A program made the position numbers and the translations under genes. From a virus (lineage: Duplodnaviria > Caudoviricetes), in IMG/VR virus record IMGVR_UViG_3300028797_000141, positions 1 through 64,000 of that record: DNA of 64,000 nucleotides; one strand, written 5' to 3'. Under the pieces are notes generated by a model. It saw nothing but the letters and a program-made list of their open reading frames with translations. It ran no database searches and was not told the DNA's origin. This document shows, in pieces, positions 27,546 through 39,500 of the stretch (positions are counted from its first letter, which is position 1; the number at the start of each line of letters is the position of its first letter).

Positions 27546-30500
27546 CTATTCTCTAAACTTTTCACCAATTGCTTTAACAGGTATAAAACTAAGTGCATTA
27601 TCTCCTAATTTATAATAATGATTACTTTCACCTAAATCTCTTAATGCTACCCAATTTCTCCAATAAGGAAGACGTCTTTCAAAATAAACCCAACCTTTAA
27701 GTTTACCTGCATAACGACCAGTTTCAAAATAAGGATTGTAATCTTCACCTTGAACTATAACACCAAAACAAGTACCTAATATATTTAAAGTATCTTGTAC
27801 TAATGTTTGTGCTGCAACTGGACTAGATATAAGTTTCTTAAGTTGTCCATAACCACCTATTGGGAAAAACTCTGAAGCTTCAGTAGCAAGACGGTCAGTT
27901 TCATATATAAGAAGATTATATGCTAAACTTTCATCATCGTCATCCCAACCCATATGAGCTAATATTGCGAGACCTATAGCTAAAGCGATACCACATAAAT
28001 TACCTACTATTCTATTCATATTTTGTATTTCATATTCAGGCATAACACCTTTATACATTTTTAAATATCTAAAATAATCAACAGCATAAGCAGCTACTTT
28101 TTGTAAACCTTTTATAGTTTCTTTTGTTTCACTATCTAATTCTCTACCTTCTTCTATCATTTTAATAGGCATTGATAGAAAATCTAATATTGAAATATAA
28201 CTACCTTTTTCTATAGTTCCACGTTCTTCATTAAAATATCCTTGTTTTCTATAACGTTTAGCTATACCAGTTGGAATATGTTTATGATATTGCATTAACA
28301 ATCTTCCCCAACCAAATTTTTCAATTCTAGCAGAATCTAATTTACCATAATTACCATGTATCTTTTTATTTACAGAAATACATCTTCCTTTAAATTCTCC
28401 CATTAATCTATAAGCATCTGTAACTTCTTGCCCATCTTCTAAATGATTCATTTCATTAAGTAAAGAATCTGCTTTAAATGCTAATTTTTTATCAGAACCT
28501 AACTCTAATTGACTATATAAAGTAGGATTTTTTTCAAATTCTTCTTTTTTAAGTTTCTTATTTTCTTTGATTTTTTTATCAAACTCTTTACGTTGTTCTT
28601 TAGTACAACGTTTCATTAAAAATTGACTTACAGGTTCTTTTTTATACCAAGCAAAATCTATACCAAGTTCAGGATTTTGTTTAATTCTTTTTAACCATTC
28701 TTGAAATTCTTGTTTTTGATTTTCAGTTAAAACTTGAAGTAATGCTTCTATTCTTATATTTTCTAAATATTCATTAAAGTTCATTAATACATATTTAGCA
28801 GTACCATAAGAATTTGTTTTAGGATTAGGAACTAATCTATGAGATTCCATCATTGCAAACATAGCAGTATTTTGCATTTTATGTTCACCCATATTATTAG
28901 GAGAATATGTAAAGTTTCTAACTCGTTCAGTCCATTTCTCTAAAGGTATTTGAGTTACAACACCATTTAACATATCATAGTCTACAATTTCCATACCTTT
29001 GATTATAGCGTCTTGTAAACTTGAAGATGTTTCATCCATAGAACCTGCAAAATAACTTATAAGTCCAGCACCATATCTAGCATTAGCTATTTGTAAATCT
29101 TTATGTCCAAAATACTGAGAAGCAAATGCTTCACCTAACATACTAGATTCACCAACAGTTATATTTGCTATACCACCTCTAACGTTCATAGTCATAAAAG
29201 AAGTAGAAGTTATACTTTGCATTATATTTGCAGCTGTAGTATATTTTCCTTTATCTACTCTATATAGGTCAAATAATAATCTCATAACCCAATTGTTATA
29301 TTGGTCTATAAGTGCAGTGTTTCCTTCTTTTACATATTCTACATTATCTGGTGTACTTTTACGTTCATCTATTATAGGTTTACCATGTTTTGTTTTATAT
29401 CTAGAAATATCTTCCAACAAATTCTTTATATAATATAACTGATATTTATTATCTTGTAAAGCATTATAATGTGTAGCTTTTTCAATAAAATCTTCCATTA
29501 CACTAACCCAATTTTTATCAATAAGAGATTTATGAATTTCTCTATTTTTCTTGTCTACTTCTTCTTTACGGGCGTTGTAATCGTCTACTGCTTTTTTATA
29601 TTTTTCTTTTCCTTCAGGAGTATTAGGAAAATCACTAAGTTTTGGAGGATATTCAGTATGTTTACCTTTTAAATCATTCATCATTGGCATATTAGGTATA
29701 TAATCCATACCATAATCTACTTTATCACTTCCATCCCATGTAGTTCTTCCACCTTTATCAATACCCCATAATTTAAGAAATTCAGATATTATAACTTCTT
29801 TATTAGATTTTTCACCTTTACTTCTTAAAGCCATATATCCTTCTTCTACTCTTTGTTTAGCTTTTTTATTTTGAGCTAATTTATAGAGCATTTCTTGGAA
29901 TAACTTCTTCATTTCTAATTCATATTCGTTAGCTTGAACTTTAGAATCGTAAGAAGTATCTGGAATAGTTTCAATATTAGAATTTCCTTCAGTAGTTTCT
30001 GAAAAATAAGTGTCTTCGTTATATTGTTTAATTCTTTCTCTTTGAGCTTTAGATTTATAATTAGATTTTTCATTCATTCCTTCTTTATGAAATGGATTTG
30101 CATATTCATCTTTTACTTTAGATATACGCATATTTCCATTAGGAATCCAATCAGCATCTATATTATCATTATATCTAGATGTTGTCCAACAAGGTAATGG
30201 TTCATATCTATGACTATAAGGATTGTATACATGATTTTTATTATACCAATCTCTATATTCTGCACTTTCTACACCATACCGTTTTATCATTTCATTTAAT
30301 TTATCTTCATAATATTTGGTAGGTCTAGTAACATATGTAGCGTTTAATATTTTTATAGCAGCTGTTTTTTGATAATCTGTAAATTTATCTTTGACAGCAT
30401 CTTTAGGTTTAGCATGACCCCATAATAAATGATTCGGAACAAATCCTTTATCATCTGTCCATTCTTGATTTACTTTTAACCACAACTGAATTAAATTGTC

Positions 30501-33500
30501 ATCACCTGTTGCTTCAATTATTGCTTTTTGTCTATCAAATTCTGCTTGTTCTTCTGGAGTTATAACAAAATAAACATTTTCATCTATAAATTTTTTAACA
30601 CTTTCTATTTTTCTTTTTGTAACACCAACGTGTTTATTTACCTTACTTTTTCTATCAAATTCACTACTATATTGATTATAACCAAGGTCTTCAAATAAAT
30701 CTAAAAGATTCTTCAAATCAGTAGCATCTAATAAAGTAGTATCTAATACTCTAGTACTTCTAATAAAACCTCTACTTAATATTGTATTAATTTTAAATAC
30801 TAAATCTAAATAATCTTTATTAGTAGCACCGCCAACTTGCATACCTTTATAGAAGTCGCTTGTATAAAGAATACCATCATCTAAACCATTGTGTATAATA
30901 CTTTTTTCATTAAATTGACTACTTCTACCTATACCGTATTTTGCTAACTCATCTTGTCTAATAACTTCTATTTCTTTTTCAGACATTTGAGTAGCATCCA
31001 CATAACCATCAGAATCTTTATATTTTTCTCCTATTATTCTATATGCAGCTTTTCTATTAGAACCTTCACCTCTATTTTTAGAAAAATATTCTTGTGCTAA
31101 ATGTATTAAATATCTAAATTCACTACTATCTTCTGGAATTTTTCCATCTAAATAATCTTTAAACCAATCTCTATTTTGAGCATTATATCTTTTTATAGTT
31201 TCTTTATCTAAATATATAGTTTTTATAGCATTTTTTCTAAGCCAAAGCTTAGCTTGCATATAGTCTTTTTCTTTTTCTAAAGATTCTCTTGTACGAGTAG
31301 GAAGACCTGTATTTGGGTCTACTTGTTCATATTTATTTATAGTACTTAAACAATTTTCTAATGTTTCTCTAAATGCAAACTTTTCATCAGTATCATAATA
31401 AGTGCTATATAATTTACTATTTTCTTTAGTATAATCACTTATTTTATCAGCAGCTGATGCAGAATACATATTTTGAAGTCTTCTAGTCTTTGGGTCACTA
31501 GAAAGAGTATAAGGTTCGTAATCATGTTTTTCATGCCAAAGACCATCTGCTGTTTGATAGTAGTTAGATTTTAAAGCATGTATTTTAGTTTCAATTTCTT
31601 CAAGTCTTTTTTCTCTTTCATTACCAGATATTTCTTCACTATCTGTTACTTTATTTAACAGTCTATATTTTTGGTCAACTAACATTTTATATGCTACATA
31701 TACGTCTTCATAGTTTCCATCTTCTTTTATGAAACGTTCATCTAAAGCTAATTTACCTACATAAAAACCATCTGCAACTTCTCTATTAATATTTTTAGTT
31801 AAAAATAGTTCATATTTACGTTTAGCTTTAAGATATGTATTAAAAAGTTGTGCTTTGTCATATTCATCCCCCGTAAAAGAAAGATATGCAGAATATGCTT
31901 CTCTTTTACCTTTCTCTAATGTTTTCAAATCTTCTTCAAACTGAGCATTATATTCTTGAACAAACATTCCTTCATCATTTATAATATTATCGAAGTTAAT
32001 ATTTAGTCCATGTTTTTTAGCTTCAGCTTGCAAAGCACTTACTTGTTCTTTAAACTTCCTAATAACCTCTTTACCTTGTAAATCTTTGGCTCTAATATCA
32101 GCCATTATAGTTTTGGTAGCTATTTGTATTATAGGATTGTTACTATCTTGTAAATCATTTATATGTGCAGCTAAATACGATGTTTCATGGAAGTTATCAA
32201 ATAATGAAATAATATCATTTTTGATATTAGGGTTATTACTTATTTTAGCAAGATAATTTGTAACATATTCTTTCTCTGCTAATTGATATATAGGAGAAGC
32301 TAATAATTCATCTAATTTATGTAATATAGCATCTATATGAGGTTTTAAATGACTATTACTTTCATCATATACAAAATGTCTAAATGGTTCAAAATCAGCT
32401 AAAAGCTTTTTAATTTCTAATAAATTTTTAATATAATTTCTATGAACTTTTGCACCTTTGTTACTTGTCATTATTTCAAAGACTCTAGGGTCAGTCATAG
32501 GAATATAATCAGTACCATCTTCAACAAAGTATTTTAAACCTCCAACACCATTTATTATATTTTCAACACGAGTTTCAGCAAATTTTCTCATATTTATTAC
32601 CATATCTTCCATTTGTTCTTCAGCAGTTTTATTACCTGCCTCTTTAGAATCTATAGTAGAATCAATATGAAATTGATTAGCTTCTTCGCTTTCATCATGT
32701 ACTGTTTGTCGTCTAATAGTAGCATCTATTTTGCTTACAGTATCTAATGGAGTTTCTTCAACAGCTGTAGAAAAGTATTCATCTTCGTTGCTAATATCTT
32801 CTATTTCAAAAGTTGTCTGAACAAAATCACTATTAGTTAATGTAGTTCTTATATAATTTTCAAATTCAGGAATAGCATTTTTCAATGCTTCATTTAATTG
32901 TTCGTTATTTTTATGTTTAGCAGCTTTATTATATTTTGAAACATCTACTTTTCTAACTCTAAATAATTTACCATCTAATTCAAAAACTTGAGAATTAAAA
33001 CTTTTTATAGTATTATTTAAATAAGTATTAGGTAAATATAATTTACCAGAAAGAGGATTACTAAAATAATCTATTATTCTTTTACGTAAAGCTTGTCTAG
33101 GAGAATCATCTCCATATACATCGACAATACCATCTTCTTTAGATTTTACAACTGCTACATTTTCCGGTCTATCTTTTATAGCGTCTTGCTTAATTTCATC
33201 AAATAATTTTTTAACATCTATTTGAGATGCTTCTTTATCTTCTAAAGCATCTATAAAAGCTTCATAAGTTGTAGCACGTTCATATATATTATTTTTAGAA
33301 TTACTACTCCATGCACCGTATTCATTTGATTCAAGAATATTTAAAGGATATAAGTAAATTCTACCATCTTTATTTACTGTTTTATATAAAGTTTTTTTAC
33401 CAAATTTACCTTTAATAAGTACATATTTATTTGGTACAAATTGTTTTTTGTCATTAGGAGCATATTCTACTTTATCTTCATAACATATATTGTTATCTAA

Positions 33501-36500
33501 TAAAAATTGACTATTATCACGTTGTGGAACTATTCTTAATACTCCACGAGGTAATCTTTCAAATTTCTTTATTTCTTCATCATCTAAATAACAACTTGCT
33601 ATGTCAGACATTGTAGAATTACTTCTTATAAAGCTATCTACTAAACTATCTACTAACCTTTTATGTTCTTCTGTTATATTATTTTTTACAAAATCTTGAA
33701 CTTTATATTTTAGGGAATCTACAATTCCAGTACCTTTGCTATCTAAAGATTGTAATAAAGGAGAATTACCTATTATTTTGTTAATAGAACCGTATTTAAA
33801 ATTATTACCCTCTACAACTGTAGCATACTTTATTAAATCTAATGCTGTAAGTTTTACAAAAGGATGGTCATTATAGAACATATTTTCAAATTGTTCTATA
33901 ATATAATCAGGACTATTAGAATTTTCTTTAAATGTTATAGCTTGAGCACCTTTCTTTTGTTTAAGCCAATCTTTTTGTACATTTAAATCTACTTGTAAGA
34001 AATTACATACTAAACTATCAGAAAATCTAGTTTGTAAGAAATAAACTTTTTGAGCAGGACTATAAGTAGAAAATTTAGCTATTTCTTCTTCTGTAGGATA
34101 TGTTAAGTCAATTGGTTTAAATTCTACAAATTTATTTCCATCTTTTATTTTTAAATCAGCACTACAACCATAACCTGCTATACGTCTTTTTTCAGCCATT
34201 GGATTACCATCAGTTATTTCTAACTTACCTTTGTTTATAGCTACAGGCTTTGTTATAATATCTAAATTAGAATATATATAGTTTATCATATACTTTTTAA
34301 AACTATTATATACTTCTGGTTTTAAATATTTAACATTATGATTTAAAGAATATAATAATCTATCTATATTTTCTCTAAAATTAGGATGTTCAGTTATAAA
34401 TAAACTTCTATTTATAACAATACTTGCAGCTGAAGCATATTTTAAAAAGTAATGAGCACTAGGATATATACTTTGAGAATCATCGCTTTCTGCTAAATAT
34501 CTTTCAACACCTTTTTCAACTCCAGGATATAAACGTTGTAAAAAATGTTTATCATCTACTTTTTCAAATACAGGAAATTTATCATGTATTATTTCATCTA
34601 TTCTATCAAAAACTATAGATGTATCGTACATTGTTTGTTTAGCACCAAACTTATCAGGATTAGTTACAAAACTAATAGCATTTATTTTATCACCTATAGT
34701 TTTTAATTTATCATATTGCAATAATACTAAATAATCGAATATATTATTATCAATTCCTATATTTTCATCATTAAGCCTTTGTGTTAATAAATCACTATTA
34801 AGAACAACAAATTCTTCTTTTAAATTTTTAAAGTCAGGAATTTTACTTTCAATTTCTTCTTTTATATCAGATATAGGTTTATTTTCTGTATTTATACCAA
34901 AAGATTCACCTATAGTTTTTATAGTTTCATTAAATGGATTTAAGTACTTTTTATTATAAATAGAATTTCTACTATTTTGAAATTGAACTAATTTAGTAAC
35001 AATAGGTTGCATCATAAAACTAACAGCAGTTTCATAATTAGAACCTATATCAGGAAACATACGATATACTCTAAATGTTTCTTTATTAACATTAGGCACA
35101 CCACCTTCTTTAATAATATCTAATTGGTGAGCTGTTACTTCAGAAGCATAAATTGTTATATAGTCTCCATTAACACCTTTGTTATCTTCACTCCAACCAA
35201 ATTTATCATGTTCAATTTTTATTATATTCCGTTTTTTATCTATTGTAACATTATTTTTACCAAATCTATGTTTAAGTTCTAATACAAACGCATCATTATA
35301 ATTTTCATTAAAAGGATATTCTATAGTTATTTTAGAATTTTTTGTTAAAGTAGGTTTAGTATTATTACAAAGTGATACCATATTATCACATTGTACAGAT
35401 ATACCTTTTAATTCTCTACCACTAATAGCATCCTCAAGATTAGCAGCTTGTGCTTCTATATCAAAAGGACTTCTCATTTTACGTTTCTCTTTTTCAGATT
35501 TAGGCATAATGTTATCTCTAACATTAGTAATATCTGTAAATTTAGAAGTAGCAAGTTTTTCTTGTAAAGATAAATCACTCTTTAAAATAGTAAGCATATT
35601 GTCTATTAAATTATTATCTCTAGCATCCTTACTATTTTTTACAGGTGTAGGAAGTTGTAAAAATGCTTTATAAGATAAAAGTCCATGTTTTTCAGCTAAA
35701 GATTCTATTCTAGCTAATCTATTAGCTTTTATATTTTCTAAACCTGCTTTAAACATTTGACTATATTTGCTATTATTATTTATAGCATCTATAATTTCTT
35801 CCTCTTGTTCAACATATTGCAAAACTTTATCTTTATTTTTTTCACTAATATTAGGATTAGCTTCATAATAAGTTTGTAATGCATCTATAACAGCTTGTGC
35901 TTTAGCAATAGTTATTTCAGATTTAGATTTACCTTTATTATCTTCTTCTGCTTTTTTATATGCTTCGTTTATAATGTTCGTATAATTTTCTGAAAATCGA
36001 TTTAAGAGGAGTAATCGTTTGTCGAATAGTAAATTAAGGTGCTCACTATTTTCATCACGCATACCGGCTATATAGTTGCTCAGTTCCTTGATTTCGTCTT
36101 TTATTTTGCTATTTACTTTCTCATCGCAACGTGTTTTTATATAATCAATATAATCATAAATATCAAAATCATCTCTTTTATAATTAACCTTTTCAACTTT
36201 CTTAGTAATATCATTTAATTTGTTATTTGGAACCATAGTGTAAACACTATCAATATCAAAGTCAGAACCTGTTTGAGCAACCCAACCATCAGGAACTATG
36301 ATAGTAGAACCATAAACTTCATCTATAAATCCTACTATTTTCATAACAGCTGTTGATTGTTTACCTTCTGTAGGAATACGATAACCTATAATTTCATCAA
36401 GACCTTCATCTTTTAATTCTTTAAGTAAATCCTCATCACTTTTATAATTACCTTTTGCATCTCTTCTAGAAAGATTAAATGCACTTACCGGAACAATTAC

Positions 36501-39500
36501 TTCTACTACAGAACTTGCGCCATCTCTTTCGTAATCTTTAGCATAATCTTTATTTAATTTTAAATATTCACGTTCTGTAATTATTTCACCAGTTTCTTTA
36601 TGTTTATATTTTGCAGGATAATATTGAAGTTCTTCAGATATAGCAACATCACCACTTACTTTTTGATAACGAACTCTTTCACCTGGTTTTAAAGTATTAT
36701 ATTTTTCAGGTGTAATATTATCAGGATAATTTTTATTTCTATAACCTTTACGAAGAATATATTTATCTACTTTTTCACTAGATATAAAACCGGTACTTGT
36801 TACTTGTGCAGCATGAAATCCTGGAAGTTTTTGTCTAGTAATTCTATTATTAAACATAGCTTGAACTATGTTCTCAAATTTAGTAGATAAACTAGGATTA
36901 GCATAAAGAGGTATTTTAGTATCTAAACCAAATTCTATATCTGTATTCTCTATTACGGGGGAATCTTCTAGTCTTACAAAGTCTAGCATTCTACTATCCA
37001 TATTTCTACGAATAATTTCATCCTTTATAAAACTACACATAACTTCAGCGTCAATACCTGCTATTTTTAAATTTCCTCTATCATCTTTAACAGTTTTTAT
37101 TGTTCCATCTGAATTTAAAGGAACTCCTAAAGTACGCATAAGAGATTGAAATGAATCTAATATATTATAACAATACATATCTTCAATCTCTTTTTTATTA
37201 TAATATAAAGGACTATCTTCGTTTATATTATCCTTTATTTTTTTCATAATCTGAATACCAGCTTTATTTCTAGCATTCATATGTTGAGGAGTTTCTTGCT
37301 GAGTGTATAGATAATTATAATCATAAAGTTCTTTACCACTTTCTATAGTTTTATTTTCAGGATTTAACCAACTATCAACAAGTCTGCCATCGTTATCCCA
37401 TAATTTTTGAATATTACGTTTACCTGCTTTAGAAGTTTCAACAGTATTAAGTTGGTCAATACCATGAGCAATCATAGCATTGTATACTTTTTCAAGGTCT
37501 GTGCCTTTAATTAATCTAGGTATAAGAACAAACTCTGAATTTTTAATTTGTCTAGGTCTATGTGTACCTAATTCTACATCAAAAGTTTCATCATAATAAA
37601 AATTCTTTTGAACTTGTATTTGTGCTATTTGCGCAACATCATTAAAGTCTAAAGGAGTTTTTTCATCTAATATTTTTTCAATCAAAGGTAAATATTTATC
37701 TAATTGACCTCTACCAGCAACACGTCTAATCCATTCTTCAAATGTAATATAAGATTGGGCATCATTTACTTTAATACCACTAAAACTTTTTGTCATACCT
37801 TCAACTTTTTGTTGTGCTCTTTTCTTGAGTTGAGGTAATAATTTTTCTAATTTATTTTTTACTTTTTCATCTATTTCAACTTGTGATAAAGTTTCTTTTG
37901 ATTTATCTATAATATCACGTTCTATAGCTTTTTTGAGATTATTTTTCAAATCTTCTAAAACTACTTCCTCATATGTTTCTTTAAGAATAGGTAATGTTTT
38001 TGGAGCTCTTTTACTATTAGCTACAGTTACTCCATAAAAATGACTATAGTTTTTACAATCATGAAGAGTTCCAAATTTATTAAGTCTATCTTGTACTTTT
38101 TGTGTATTTAAATATGCTTTTGAAACTTCTGTTCTAATGGGAATCATAGATTTGGTAACATCCATTAAAGCATAAGGTACTCCGCTACCTTGAACTTCTT
38201 TTACACGTTTAAATATATCATTATAATTTTTGTAATATTTTTCATTACCTAACATTAAATCTGTAACATTCTCTAATGCAATGAAATAATTAAGTGCATA
38301 TTCAGCAATATCATAAAAATCATGAGGAACATCTGATAATAAATGTTCCATATCATTGAATTTTGTAACTTTACTGTCTATAGTTGCTTTAATAAAATTA
38401 TTAATACATTCTTGAGCTTTAGCTAATTGTGCAGGAGTTAATATAACATTACCATTTTCATCAGTATGAATGTGAGTATTATTTCCCCCGTAGAGAGCAT
38501 GGATTGTACCATCCTCACTTTCACCATACCCTTCTGCAAACATATCTTCTAAGAAGTTTTTAGTACCTACAGTAAACTTAGAAGATTTAAATACTTTACC
38601 TTTTAAATGAAATACACCATTTTCATCTTGAACATATACTTTGTCATTTTCATCTTTATGATAATTTTGACTACAATGTTCTTCAGGATTTTCATATTGT
38701 CCTACAGTTTGCTTATTCCATTCTATATTATTTTTATGATTATTTAATGGTTTTCCATCTTTACCTTTTTCATTATTTATTTGTACAAAACCTGTATTAG
38801 TTTTGTTAGGTTCAAATAAATGTGTTAATGCTATGTTGCAATCAGATACTTCTTTAAGAAATATAGATAGTAATTGATTATATATAGGATGAGCAGTATT
38901 ATAAACAGTTTTTAAATAATTACCATCTACTAATGCTATAGTATGACTTAAAAGTCCAAATTCATAATGATGTTTTAATACGTCTTTTGCTTTAGTATTT
39001 AAATAATCAACAAATGCTTCAAATTTTATTTCACCATAATTTTTCTTTTTATCTGTATAATCTACAGTTCCTATAATTTCTTGGTCTTTATATTTTATAC
39101 GAATTTCATTACCTTTATCTTTTATAGAATTAGAAACATATCTAGCAGGTAATTTACCACTAGTTATTAATGTAATAAATTCATTTTCTTCTAATTCTAA
39201 TGAATTTTCATTAGCTTTCTGAAAATCTACATTATCTAAACTTCTAATTTTAGTAATAGCTTTGATATGGTCATCAATAGCTTTTTGTAATTCTAATTTA
39301 TCTACTGGTCTAATAAAATCATTAATAGTATATTTAGGAGCATTCATTACATAGTTTTTAGGAGCATCAGCAGGAGTAGGAAGAAAATATGAAGGAAATG
39401 TTAAGCCTTCTAGAAGTTGGCTACTATGAGTACTTTTTTGAAAATACAACAAAGATGTTACAAGATAATCATTATCAGACATCTTTGAATATAATTTACT